Assembly: GCA_951804945.1 (NCBI GenBank)
Contig: OX638158.1
Coordinates: 34,782,001 to 34,846,000 of the forward strand
Direction: 5' to 3'
DNA: 64,000 bases
From: Podarcis cretensis
Lineage: Eukaryota
In this document: positions 1 to 14,184 of the stretch, piece after piece
How the letters are laid out: each line of letters opens with the position of its first letter
Numbering within the stretch: position 1 is the stretch's first letter
Notes under the pieces: generated by a model
Seen by the model: only the letters and a program-made list of their open reading frames with translations
Told to the model about the DNA's origin: nothing
The model's database searches: none
Made by a program: the position numbers and the translations under genes

Positions 1-71
1 TAGGTATTTTGCATGACTTAAGGCAAGACTGAATGATACACTTTTGTGACATAATCTGCCACCTCTTTTAG

Positions 72-251
<180 letters not shown>

Positions 252-386
252 TAAGTACCACAGGTGTTAAATTCTTAATGTTGTGTATATGTAGTATAGA
301 GCCTGCTGGGCATCTTGCTGTAACTAAGTCTTCATAATTGCTTTATCATTATATATACATGTAATCACAAAGCTGAATCTTTCTAG

Positions 387-417
387 GTTGGTGGAGACTT
401 TGAAGAGCAGACAGTGA
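387..417 (+). CDS. ARL1: ARL1 last coding exon
   Basis: ttctag acceptor after 136-bp intron; completes W codon then LVETLKSRQ-TGA, the known ARL1 C-terminus. Confidence 0.96.
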
Positions 418-636
418 AATGGACTCGGAAGTTTCCTTCAGCTGTCAATGAAATGCAATTCTGTAAATAGGACTGGCCGAATAACTTTTGAAAGGAATGA
501 GGCTTCTTTGCATTGTAAATCACACTGAATCAACTGAATGTTTGTCTGTATACTATGTTTAAAATACTACATTCTTTTTTGTGTAAGTTATGTAACATCA
601 ATTTTTATGACAGTCATATAACTGATAGTCCATGAG

Positions 637-702
637 AATAAATTGGAATAAACATTTGCTACTTGGAATTCTAAGTGTTTGAAACTATTTAACACTAATA
701 AA
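637..702 (+). terminator. ARL1 polyadenylation signal cluster
   Basis: AATAAA at 637-642, 647-652 and 697-702, followed by T/GT-rich sequence. Confidence 0.75.
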
Positions 703-779
703 TATATTTAACTATCATTTATCTAGATTTTTCTATTTCATGCCTATTGCCTTTCATGTGTTCCTTTTTGTAGTTAGTA

Positions 780-996
780 AAAAGGTAAAGGGACCCCTGA
801 TTGTTAGGTCCAACGCCGTTTACCTTTCCACTGGAGCGGTATGTACTTGCACTTTGACGTGCTTTCGAACTGCTAGGTTGGCAGGAGCAGGGACCGAGCA
901 ACGGGAGCTCACCCTGTTGTGGGGATTCGATCCACCGACCTTCTGATCGGCAAGCCCTAGGCTCTGTGGTTTAGACCACAGCACCACCCACGTCCC
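780..996 (-). mobile_element. Sauria SINE, internally deleted
   Basis: Colinear with the full copy at 16524-16880 but lacks about 125 bp; tRNA-like head and (ACCTTT) tail; degenerate TSD tttttg(t/a)agtta. Confidence 0.9.
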
Positions 997-1816
997 TTTT
1001 TTGAAGTTAAGAGTAGCTTAAATAAGTAGTCTGGGTGGCATTCTCCAACGGATCAGAACCGTTGCAAGATGAAGCCTTGATACTTGATTGTAATGTGGGG
1101 ACCCTTATTAGTGCTGCTTATACAGTTCTTTGTTTTCTTACAACCAATAGTGGAACCCTGGGCAGTTAAGTATTTTGCTTGCAGTGTAACCTGTGAAGGA
1201 AAACCTTCAAGATATATATATACTTGGAAATGGAGCTGTTGTGGAGAGAAGGCAGGTTCAGAGTTAACCAGGAAGTTCTGCAGGTATTTGAATATGCTTA
1301 TTTAATGTATTGAGGGCTGCATGGACTCAGTTGTGATTTGAGGGAAGCTATGTATCCTGAAATATTTTAAGTGAGGCAAGTGGAAAGCACCTAAGTCAGT
1401 GGTTCACTTTAGATCTGGAGACTTTCCTATAAATTGCTAGCCGAAAGCTACAGAAGGAATCACTGTACTTGACAACCAGGTGGCTTTTTAAAAACCTAAT
1501 TTGAGTTTAAAACTAGGAGAAAGAGGGGTGTTACCACATGTCTCCATGGTATAATTTACCTTGTTGGGTACTGTATCTCCTTCAGCAATTGTTCAGTTCG
1601 GTTTTTTAAAAGCTACATTTCTCCATAGCAATCAACACAAGGGTTGAAAAGCATAGGCCTTCCGCTACAGGGCCAATGGAAAGAGTAGCAGCACTTTGTC
1701 ATGATACCAACACGTAAAAATGCATCTCCATGAGGAGGATTGAACAAGGGTTCAAATCACCCAAGCTCAAGTTAATCACACATAGGAGAAAATATTTCAA
1801 AGGCTCGTTGAACACA

Positions 1817-1822
1817 TTTAAT
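1817..1822 (-). terminator. Probable UTP20 polyadenylation signal
   Basis: ATTAAA on - strand about 390 nt after the stop codon, followed by T/GT-rich sequence. Confidence 0.6.
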
Positions 1823-2208
1823 TAGAAAAAAACACTGTATTACCACAAACTGTACATCACTCTACAGTGAGCTATAGAGCCCTGAAAGGCTCAGCCTTAA
1901 TAATGTATCCTCTTAAAGAAACATTTGGAGAGAAATTTTAAGGCATCAGTTGAATAGGTTATGTATAGATTAAAATTACAAATAAATAATTAGTAATCCA
2001 TAAGAGAGCTGGTTTTTTTGTCTCTGCAAGAGGTTGTTCTTCCCTGCTGTGCTTCTTAGTATATACTATTTTATAGTATATTTTATACTGTTTTATGTTG
2101 AAACATCCTCTAAATGAGTCTGGCAGGGAAGAGCACCTGCTGCAGCAGTTGTTTTCTCATGTTCTGTACAGCACGGAACATTTATAATGGGAGTCATGTG
2201 ATAGTGTT

Positions 2209-2364
2209 TCACTCCACCATTGCCAAGTCTTTTAACGCATGGCTTCTTGGTTTTTTTGCTTTGTAACCAGGCCGCAGAAATTCTATTTTTCTCTTCTTTG
2301 CTTCAATTTTATTCTTGTGTCTCTTCAACTTCTTCTTGGCAGCAATGTCAGGATTAGCAACAGC
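2209..2364 (-). CDS. UTP20: UTP20 exon 62 (stop)
   Basis: [19 protein letters not shown]...DLAMVE-TGA. Confidence 0.95.
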   Translation of the reverse strand, partial: AVANPDIAAKKKLKRHKNKIEAKKRKIEFLRPGYKAKKPRSHALKDLAMVE

Positions 2365-5300
2365 CTAATCAGAAAACAAATAAAAGTCATCATGTTCACG
2401 TTTCCCCTATACATTCTGAAGTTGCCTGGTTTCAATAAAAGTTTCCCTGCCATTGGATAAGCTGAACATTTTAAAGCAAATGCGAGTAAAACTAAAGTCA
2501 AACACTAACCTCCAGGGCTCTTTGTTTCTTCCGGATAGCTCTCTTCTGACTGGCTTGCTTTTGCACAGAAGCAAACGCAAGTGAAAAGGTTTCCAACCCA
2601 ACCAATTTCTTCAAAAGCTCTATGATTTCTTGGGAAAGATTCTTCAGAGTTGGATCTAGCAAAGATAACATGATTTTGAATACTCAGAAGTGTCTTCAAG
2701 TGCTACAGAAGGTCTATATATAACGCCCCATTCTCTCTTGTGGGCACATGTTGCATTCCAACAATACGTAGGCATGTGCAAGTCACCCCTCCTGTTGGGA
2801 AACTGGAAGCATCTGCTTTTAGATTAACATGTCACCCAAACCCATAGTTAAATGGTTAGTTGAAACAAGCTGGTTTGTATGGAGAAACCTTAGTGAAGGT
2901 TAGCAGCTGTTTGTCAGGGTTCAGTCGGCACAGCAAATTGCAACTAATTTAAATGGAAGCTAAAGCTTCCAACTGCGCCAAAGAAAAATGAGGACCACAT
3001 GCCCACTCCACCATTCAGAAAGGGCCATTCAGGTAAGCGTAGGACAGAAACACTGCACAGCTGAAACATCATCTTAAGTCCCTAAAGCAGGGGTGGGGAA
3101 CTGGCAAACCATGCTATAAAAGAAAAGCCAAACCAAGCAAGACTTGACTCCAAGCCTGCTTTCTGCAGGGATCAGCTCTGTCACCCCCACTCCCAATCTG
3201 CTGGGCTTGGAATCCCCCATGTTGCACTTTAGGCAAGGGGTTGGCTATACTACTGTGACTCCCATGGGAAACTCGGTAGCACAGCCAACCCCAGCAGGCT
3301 TGCTCTCACCAGCACATGATGGTGACGGGTACAGTTTGGGATAATCTGTCTTATGGGACCAAGTGGTTTCCCACCCCTGATCTAAAGCATCCGTCATGGA
3401 TGCCAGCATTTTCTGTTCCTTTTTCTTATGCTGTGTAATTATGATGATGCAAGACAACTGACCTTTTGGTACAGGAAGACCTCCTACTTAAAGGAGAGGA
3501 GGGGAGGGGAGACAGTCTCACCAAACAGCTGAGTATGACAACTCTCTTACCTTGATCTGCATAGGTACTGCTGAGTTCTCGGTATAGAGGGGCTATGATT
3601 GTAGGAAGGTATGGTTTCACCCTGTCTTTCCCAAGATCTACTGCAATGGCACCAAGGAATTTAAAGATGCAGGTTCTCTGAAAAGACACATACATTTGGT
3701 CACATGACCAGTCTGCAAAGGAAAATACTGTTAAGGACCTAATTACTAGTGACTTACTTTTTCCAGAAACTCGGAAAATAGGTCTCATGTTATACAACTC
3801 TACAGACCACTGGCATTTGGTTTTTTAAAAATAAAATAATCTCTGCTCATGGTTTTCATGTTTAGGTCTAACAAAGGGTCTGCTTGCAGTTTCTTAGCCC
3901 TACTTCATTTAAGCTGTGATGTGCTGTTCACGGGCTACATTTTGTACCATTTGCACTGACACCTTTGCACTTGTCTATCTGAGATCCTGAAACTATTGTC
4001 AAAGTGGAAAGCATTATTTGTGAAAGTAAAATTGTTCTCTCTGAAAAACATACAAACCTTTAAGGGGTCCTTGGGTGAATATGCAGCTTCACGTGAGGCC
4101 AATGCCAAGAGTCTTTTCATCACCCACAGCAGTGTGGCTGGGCTGCTTTTCTCTTTGTCGTCTTTTGCCTCCATGGTTGAAGTCTCGTTTTCAACATCTT
4201 CTCCAGAGTCTTCTTGATCCTCAGCTTCCTGGCCCACCTCACCACTAATTTCTTTGCCATCTTCTGGAGGAGCCATAAGGTACAGTACTTTGGCCACAAA
4301 AAGTAGATTCTTCACAACCTTAAATATAAAGCACAGATATAAAATACAAAGTTATCCAAAGACTATTTTTTAAAAAGGGTTTTTAAAATCAGGCCTATCA
4401 AACTTTTTCCACTTGGGTCATACAACAGCTATGTAATTGTGGACTAGTTAACAGGTGTTTGAAAATCCCTTCATGTGTGGCCCCCCCAAAAGCCTAGGGT
4501 TCAACACCCTGGTGGCCCTAACTAATATACAGCCACCATGGCACTTGATCTTTAAAAAAATAATGTAATTACTACAGCCAAGAATGCACACACAAGATAG
4601 GAAAAGAGCACCAAGAAGAGCCGTTTCAATGAAAGAGTGGCACATTCATTTATATGGTAGGCATCAGTCATCACACACACCCAAATTAAGCATCAAATGG
4701 AAGAGTATCCCAATTCTACGTTGTGGAAATAAATCACTGTGGAACAGTAGCTCCCACTTGGTCTTCAGCTGCACTGTATGCCTGCATAATTATAGCTTCA
4801 GCTGCTCTGTACTGATGTACCTTAAAAGCTTTGCACAAATTATAATCTTAAAACCATTCACAGCAAGTAAATATGTAGTATCAGAATGCAATAAAAATCC
4901 AAGCAAAACACGAGAAGTACTGAGTGGTGTGATCAGTAATGTTAGGGAAAACCTGATTAAACAAGTTAGTTTTCAGTACATGTTTAAGAAGGGAAGGCCC
5001 ACTTTCATGACATCACAAGGTGACATTCCACCAGTCATGGCATGCTGCCACTGCTGACTCCCAAGGTAAGGTGCTGGACTCACATTTACTTTTGGCCAAT
5101 CTCCTTTGGGCCACTAAGACTGGGGGCATCCTTTTCCCAGGCCCCTGTGGGGCAGAGTGAGAAGGCACCACTCTTTGGAGCAGGGGGAGCATCTCAGGGA
5201 AAGGGGCTGCCTGGAGGACTCCCAAGAAGAGGGGAGAGGAGAGGAGGCTGAGGGAACAGTCCACAAGGGAGGGTGTTCAGCCCTGCAGGCAAGGGGTGAC

Positions 5301-8300
5301 ATAACTGGGCTCCTGAGCCCCACAGGGGAGCCACAGAAAGAATGTTGTTGGTCAAGGGAGCCGTGGGCTCAAAACCTCTGCTTTAGGGAGTGCTAATTTG
5401 ACTTTATGCTCCAGGCACCAGAATGTCTTCAGCTGCCTCTTTCAATTGTGTGCTATTTCAACACGCGTATCCCAAAATGTGGGGGGGGAAATCTGCCAAA
5501 AACCTTACATAGTTACTCACCTGTTCTCCAAGACATGGATCTAAAAATTTGGACTTCAATTGATGACAGAATGCTAAAGCAAGTGTTTTCATCTGTAAAA
5601 GTAAAGAAAAGTTACAATCATTCTGAAACACAGAGAAGCATGAAAGGGCTGAACTGACTGTGTGAAGAAACTGCTCTCCCTAAGAAGTATAAATATTAAG
5701 AGACAAAAAGAGACACAATTATGTGAAGCTCTATCATGACATTGAAACTAATGTTCATTTTTGTTTCTGCCATCTAATGGGAAATTGAAATGTGTATCAA
5801 TGCAATAAAGGCGATTTAGGAGGGCAATGTTAACCTTTTTGTCTAGTTCTTCTGTTAAGAAGGTAGTTGCCGGTGGCTCTATAGTACTTTCTTGACTCTT
5901 TTCCAGCTTTCTTTTACTCCATTTGTTAACAAGTTCCTCTGGCTTGTGAGCAGCAAACAGCAAGCCAAAAATCTGAGCAGACGTCGACCACACCCAGCTG
6001 TGAGGGTACCATAAATGAGACTGCACATGACCTTCAGAAATAGAGAGAAATAGGCTTTAACTGTACCTATTCGTACACAGAGGATTATTATTTATTCAAT
6101 CAATCAATCATCAATATATCGCCTTTCATCCCAAGATCTCAGGGCAGTTCAAAATACAAAAAACCCACAAACTAATAACCCTCCCCTCCCACAAACACAT
6201 TACAAAGGCCTGATTGAAGAGGAATGTTTTTGCCTGGCACCTAGAGATGTCTAAAGAAGGTGTCAGGTGAGCCTCCCGGGGGAGAGCGTTCCACAAATGA
6301 GGAGCCACTGCAGAAAAGGCAGTGTTGCTACTCTCTAGACCTCTTGGGGAGGAGGCACATGAATAAGGGCCTCAGTCTGTTCATATGGGGGGCGGTGGTC
6401 CTTGAAGTACTGCTGTTCTGAACTGTTTAAGGATTTATAGGTCAAAATCCACACTCTGAATTGAGCCCAGAAACTAACTGGCAGCCAGAGCAGTCGGGCC
6501 AGAATCAGTGTGATATACTCAAAGTGTCTTGCCCCAGTGAGCAACCTGGCTGTCAAATTCTGCACCAGCCGATGTTTCTGAACTGCCTTCAGAGGCAGCC
6601 CTACATAAAATGCACTGCAGAAATGTAACCTAGAGGTTAGACAACCTAAAAAGCCATTGTACACAACTCATTTTTCTTCAGGTGAGTAGCGCCCTAGGCA
6701 TTACAGATCCATAAAGTGCCAAAGGTTTCAAGAGCAATATAATATGACAGAACTACTAACCCCAAATGTTGCTCAGAATCTCATTGTGTTTATTTAGTTC
6801 AATAATATTGCATTCCTTGATTAGTTTGCTGATCAAAGTTAGAAAGCTGAACAGCAGTCTGTCGGCAGCCTTTTCTTCAGTCTCTTCTGCAACCTTCAAA
6901 AAGGGACAGTGAAAGAATGACACCCTGAAAAGCCATCAGTGTATGAACAGTGAAGAAGTTTCAATTTAAATAATTGTGGCTAAATATAAAATGCAACCAA
7001 ACAACACTTGCTCATTTTGACTTTGCAAACAGTCAACTGCCTAATTTTACAACATTGAAATAGACTGTGGTATTCAACTATGATTTACTAAGAGCAGACC
7101 CACTGAAATTAATAAGCAGTACTAAGTTATGTCCATTAATTCCAATGGGTCTTCTCTGAGTTGGAACTATTTTTATTTTTTATTTGTGTAACCAAAGCTA
7201 CTACAAAGCAAATCTTGAATACCATCTAGTGGTGGAATAGTCAAAATAAAATGAATTTGTAAAATATTGCAATGACACCTTGTTATTTGAGTGTTAATGT
7301 TTTTTCTCCTTGTTTTGAAGTTGAAACATTTATTGGTATATATATCTTGTTATGAAAATAAGGATATGAATATGTATAGGTTTTTTCACATGTAATGGTT
7401 TTAGTTATAAAAATAATTTGAAAGAATCTTAAAATTTTATTTCACTGCACCACTGGGTAGGTGGGGAAAGGATAGAGAGACCATCAACATACTTATGGAG
7501 CCAAAGATCTACTTTCACTCTACAAACTGGCAGCCTACCAGGAACAGCCCCAATTAATGACTTACATCTTTAAAATCTGAAGGATGTATTTCTTTCTCGA
7601 TAATTGGGAGAATGGTCCCAAGCCTTTTTTCAAATTCAATTCCTTCAGCTTCAACAAATGTTCCACAGGCATGAGCAGCTAGCCTCTTGTGCACACGCTG
7701 TTAGGAAGGAGCAACATCATATTAGTGGAGATTTTTGTGGATGGAAGTAAGGAAGGAAGTAAGTTAGGATCTCTGCAGAAGAGATTTCCCAAGATAGTGG
7801 GCACAACTGCCTTCTCAACCACACAGCCAGCCATAATTCTTGAACCCCACAAGAAATTGGCCCAGTTATGAAGGCTCCACCAGCAAATGAAAGTTAACGG
7901 AACACAATCTCTCCTCCAGAGGATTCACCTCTTGACATTCTCTCGTTTTCATTCATCTAGCAAAAACTTCTGTACAGGACAGTAGTCAAACTACTGCTGT
8001 AAGCGGTACCTTGTCACTCTTGAACCATGAGGTGAGCAGGGAAAACATCAGGTCTCGGTTTCCAGGGCTAATCTTACTGAGGAGACCTTTGACTGCCAGA
8101 GCTGACATCTTTTTGCACTTTGCTGAATCGTCGTTTACAATCATCATACATAGTGGGACAAAGAAAAGCCCACAAAATTGGTGCAGTAAACCCTGAAAAG
8201 AAGAAAGGGGAAGTCAGTAAGCTTGTTTGTTGGCAATCTCTAGACTACATGAAAAATGCTGGTATCCAACCACCACACCACCCTGTAAACCTGGCAAAGC

Positions 8301-11300
8301 AATCAGACCTGCTTCTGGTTCTGTGCTAGGGCTAGCTGCTTGTCTAGACAAGTGTTGAGAGTAGTGTACAGTTACTGGTTATATGAATACTGAGCTGAAA
8401 TGCAGGTTGGTAAAGTGGGGAGAGGGGGAAGGGAGACTGCAAATAATATTTCCATTCAGCCATGAAGCTCATTGGGTGACTCTGGCCTAATCTGTGGCCA
8501 GTCCAGGTGCCCCTCAGCTTCTGGAGTCAAGGTATGTACAAGCCTTGGGGCTCATGAGCTCCACCCCCTTGCTGCCCTGTGACTGAAGTCTTCCTGGGTT
8601 GATTAATCGCAGATTCCTGCTAATTCCAAACTGTGAAACTCCAAACCATGGTTTTAGGTCTTGTTTCATTTCCCAAGTTGGACAAATTGGGAAACAGCAG
8701 TTCCTTTACTCAGAAACACAGTGCAGCAAAGAGGAGGGGGAAATATGAGGGTGGACCACATGGGCACAAGGCTCAGGCATCTCCCAAGTGCATCCACCCA
8801 GGCCTGAATCCTCAGCCTAATCTACATCATCACAGGGTTGTTGCGATAGTTAAAGTGGATGAGCAGCATGTATGCTTCCTCAAACCCTTTGTAAGAAGGG
8901 CAGTTACAAATGTGGCAAAGAAAGAAAAATGAACATGAAATTCAATCCATGCAGGCCGTATTTGTCCTCAGCAATGCCAGCATACTCTGAAAAGGCAACA
9001 CAGCAACACGCTCAGGAGCCGCGCCCCATATCCTATACATGTTTTCTCAAAAGTAAATCCTGCCAAATTCAATGGGAATACCTCCCATCCAGCCTTAATG
9101 TCTTATATGAAATGCCATATTCTAGGGTTCAAGCTGAAATACGGTAAAGGTGGGAAGTTTGTGATGCAGTTATACATTACCTGGGGGAACATTTCAAAGA
9201 GGTAAGCAATCATTTCCAAAGCAGATTCTCTCCCTGTCTCATATTCATAACTAGGGCAACAACAGAACAGCATGGTCAGTGTCCTCAAGACTTGCAACAA
9301 TTTTTGGCACACTAATAGCACAATCCTACACATGTTTAATCAGAAATTAAGTTCCTTTGCATCTATTGGGACTTAGGAGCTGTATTTAAGAAAAGTACAC
9401 AGCATAGCATATCTTTTCATATTACACCTTGCTTTTGCAAACACCTGGCCTTGAAGAATGTTCTTGTGTCTTTTCTTTAATAGCTGAATGCGAACAAGAA
9501 GTTAAATACATATGATGGTCATCACTGGAATCTGAGATGTTATATGTGACAAACCACTTTCTTCCTCCAGACAACTTTTCTTGTGAAAGACCTCCACCTG
9601 AGACCCTGGGGAGTCACTGTCAGTCAGAATACACAGCACATAGCTAGGTAAAGAGTCTGGATCGGGTAAAACACAGCTTCCTGTGCTCATATACAAAGAA
9701 AAAAAATGTCAACAGGAACATAGAACAAAACTTCATAACCAATGAGGGAACATGGGCAGTGTAAAGAGGATATAATTTGCTTCCAATACTCTACTGAGGT
9801 TTTATCCTAACGTCTTGGGCCCTGCATGGCTCTATTACTGCGAACACTGTGTTGAGGGTCCCCATTCTGACCAGAGGGGAAAGCCCAGCCTTGTAGTTGC
9901 TATTTTTTTCCTTTATTGAGAAAATAAACAATAATCTCTGTGCACTTACTTGAGTTGGGCAAAGATGTACTCAAGGTTGGTTTTCAGCTTCTTACCAAGT
10001 GGATAATCGAGAATATATTTCAGGTAAATCTGGGGGAGTGGGTGGAAGAAAACAAGGAACAATTGGTTAAAACTCAAAAATACCCAATTTGTGCTCTTGC
10101 CAGCTATAAAATAATTGATAAAATGAGAGCTGACGAAAAACAGTTGCTATGATAAAAGGGCATGAGCATGCCTCCCGCCCTCCCCCCCCCCCCCCCGCTT
10201 TAATGTCTACAAACCTGTCTGCACTGGATTCGAACTTGCTCATTTTGCCCTGTGATAGCAAAGTTTGCAACCTTCTGCATAACACCATCAATTTCGGGAA
10301 CTACCAGTTTTCTGGATACAATCGCCTTTTTGAAAAGAGAAAAACGTATGACTGAGTCATAATTGGGTTCTGCATTGTGTTAAATACAATTTGAAACTCA
10401 TGTTTTTTTCATTGTTTTTAATCAGCTTTCTACACATCTGCCCAAAACAATTTTGCCCAAAACAAAACTACCAGCTTTATACGCTCGGAAAAAGATTTGA
10501 GACTTCCATTTCCATTTCAACAAATGATTCTTAAAAGACAACTTGTTACAGTGCAAGCGATACCTTTAAGAGGCCAAAGGCAGTGGCCTGTCGTAATGAA
10601 TCATAGATATCTTCTTCAGCATATCCAAGCAACACTTGTAGTTGTTTCTCTGTTATGTGACTCTTTGCATTCCTCACAAGCAGAGTTACACACTGTAATT
10701 AAAATTTAGCGTTATGAACATGACCATTACAGAATGTTCTACAAGATTCAAAGTCCCCTGAGAGTTTGTAGGGCGCTCTCTACAGGTGTTGTGTGATCAT
10801 CACCTCCCTACCCATTCGGGCTGCAATCTAAAACATTTACTAGGGAATAAGCCCCATTAAAAAACAATGGAACCTCATAGGGCTATGCCGTAAAATCTGT
10901 AGACAAGGCTCTGGGCTCACTGTTCCCCTACTTAGAGGTCAGATTGGTGGGAACCACTTTATGGGGGAGGGAATGTTAAGACTTTTTAACCATTTCACCA
11001 CAAACTTTTATTTATTGCAGCAATGTACTTGTTTTACCGACATGGTTTTACCTGATCGTTTTACAATGGCATGATGCTACTTTGGAACCTTAGAATGTGC
11101 AAGTTTTGTAAACCTTTGTTTTTACTGAAAATATGGGTGGTGACAAAATGCTACATGGCCGTCTCATTTTGATACCAAGGATAAGTGTCTATGCAGTGTG
11201 ATTTTGAATCTCCGAAACCGCACAGCAATGGAACTTCTACACAATGTGTGGGTCAGACCATTACAGAGAATGGGTCATCGCCACCTACAGTCCCCTTGGA

Positions 11301-12481
11301 TATTCTAATTAGGGAGCTGCACAGTTCCCAGCTTCTGAGGATCACTGCACAGATAAAAGCCTTTTTTATAAAAAAAAGTTCTGTGAACACAATTTTTTCA
11401 AAACAATTTGCAGATCTAAAGGTGTCTGAAGTCCCTTTTCTATCACACCAATCATCCATGTCACACAGGGCCATGAGTCTGGAAGAAAAGCACACTGAAA
11501 GATCAACATTGAGCTGTTCTACTAGTTATAACTTACTTTGAAACAATTTACAACCAAATGAAAATTCTGGCCTTTAGCAGCTCCTGGCTTGGCAAAGTCT
11601 TTCAGCAGAACGAAAAGCCTCTCGATTAGCTGCTCTATATTCTTGTCTACTGCCGGCAATGGGAACTTTAAGACCCACAGAAGGGACTGGAGAGAGCCAG
11701 TAATCACCTGCAAAGAGAACATATGAATTAAGAAAAAAAGCTAGGTGGGTATATAGAAATGTTTTGTACCAGCCACAAATCCCTTGAAACTGGAATTCTT
11801 GAGCTTTTTGATCATGTGAGGGATGCCACTTTTCCCAATGCCCGCCACACAATCCACTCTTGAGTGGCAATTCACATTGATGTCGACAGTCTTCAAGACT
11901 CAGGAGCAAGTGTCAATGTCAAGTGCAACTTCTTCACCCACCTCCTATTATGCTTCTACTTTGGTGCAAAGACTCTGGTTTGTATTAAATGATATTTCTG
12001 CAGCGCAGGTGTAATAGGGAACTCTGGTTCGTATTAAACCAGAGTTCCCCATTACACCTGCACTGCAGAAACATGGTTTGATGTCAGTTAAGAAACCAGG
12101 AAAATAAGTCTCAATGATCTTTACTGGATTCTAAGTAATCAGTATTTGAAAGTTAGAATTTCCCCCCAGTTCCTTCATTGATCTTAGTGACAGAATGAAG
12201 AATTTTGGCCCAGGCTGAACTTTGCCATCTGCCAGCATTGCAGAGGTTAGAGCTATTTCACTGAGTTCAGAATCCTACCTTAACATCTGTGGAGTGAAGG
12301 CAGTCGACAAGCAGCTGAACGAAAGGATCCAACATTTCTAAAGTGTGATCATCTGAGGAATTTATTTTGGACCTCTTCAGACTCATGTGCAGTAGCTGTA
12401 ATAGGAAATAAGTGCTTGGAATTAAATGCATAAATTCAAAGGGGTAATAGATCTGAAAAACCAAATTGTTTAAAAGAAGAC

Positions 12482-12518
<37 letters not shown>

Positions 12519-14141
12519 TATATTTATACCCCACCCATCCAACTGGGTTTTCCCAGCCACTCTGGGCAGCTTATAGCATATATCAAGGGCAACCTCGGGT
12601 TGTTAGCAGCCAAAGGCTTCAGAAGATAACTGACATGCTATACAATTTCAGTGATATCTTGGAAATACAGCTTTTAAATTAAGACCTGAGAAACACATGA
12701 AGGATCAGAGGCATGGGGTAAATCGATGGAGAAAAAGATTCTCACCACCCCTCAATGTCAACTCTATGCTGCTCATTCATGGCTCCATGCCTACCTAAGA
12801 AAATCTCCCTACAGTCCCAATGGGGAAAGTGCACTATAAAGCAGTAAATCTCCATAACCACATTTTTCTACATGAAATAAGCCAGTGCACTCATCCTCAC
12901 TCCTCTCCCCAACCTTCCTCTGTGCCCTGTGTTCCTCTCACTTCCTGTTTAACAGCAAACACCTACATTGGCAAACTAAAGTTATTGCAAGCTATAGTTT
13001 ACCCAGTTTCAACGTAATGGTGAAATGTGGTTTGTCACTAAACTGATAATAAAGAATGAAGTTAGAACGTGCAAGGGTTGGAAGAAACATGTGAGCACAA
13101 CAAAAATCATCCTAATCCTCCCAACCACAGGTTGGACAAAAAGGAACATTATGTCTGAATTGACCCACTGCCTCAAACTTTTCACAAGCTGGAGATGAGG
13201 GCAAGATGAGCATTACTGCCATCCCTTATGAATTGATGTTGGGCATGGCTAGAGTGGTCAGAGGAGTATATTCTATACTACCCACCCCAATCAGATGAAG
13301 GAAACAAGAAGTATTAAATTGATTAGAGCACAGCTATGTTTCCCCCCCCCCAAAATATTCCTGCACTGAAGCATAAAGAAATATGTTTTGATTTCATTTT
13401 TAAGCACACAGGGCACCTCTTACATACCCGTAGCCCTGATTCAACCAGAATGTGCATGTTTGTCTTGCTGCTCACAGGTGCCTTCTGCCCTCCTCGAACT
13501 GGAGCTGGTGGAAGCAAGAGGCAGCTCTTTGGTTGCAAACGAGGATCTGGAGGAACAGGAGCTTTGGTTCTGAAAACAAAACAAACTTTTCAGCTAGAAT
13601 TAAGGCCTTAATTCATCTGGGCCGAGAACAGACATCACACTGAGCCAAGAGGAGAATCTTAGAATTGAAGAGTTGCAAGAGTCTCCCAAGGGTCATCTAC
13701 AGTCCAACCTCCTGCAAAGAATCTCCTTTCTTGTAACTTGGATCCATTGGTTCAAAACTACATTGAATCAAAACTTCATGAGTGACTGAAAATCAAGGCC
13801 AGTATATCTGAAGGAGCGTCTCCACCCCCATCGTTCTACCCGGACACTGAGGTCCAGCACCAAGGGCCTTCTGGCGGTTCCCTCACTGTGAGAAGCCAAG
13901 TTACAGGGAACCAGGCAGAGGGCCTTCTTTGTGGTGGCACCCGCCCTGTGGAACGCCCTCCCACCAGATGTCAAAGAGAACAACAACTACCAGACTTTTA
14001 GAAGACATCTGACGGCAGCCCTGTTTAGGGAAGCTTTTAATATTTGATGTATCACAGTATTTTAATATTCTTTTGGATGCCGCCCAGAGTGGCTGGGGAA
14101 GCCCAGCCAGATGGGCGGGGTATAAATAATAAAAATAATAA

Positions 14142-14184
<43 letters not shown>

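Noticed and set aside
4584-5057. 157-aa + strand ORF and similar ORF-track entries (e.g. 50050-50496, 47411-47839, 25905-26288, 55439-55663)
   Set aside because: No recognisable domain or splice context; most overlap SINEs, MITEs, microsatellites or the antisense strand of UTP20 exons
6335-6664. 109-aa ORF as a host gene
   Set aside because: Decayed L2 ORF2 C-terminus; 5'-truncated with no RT core
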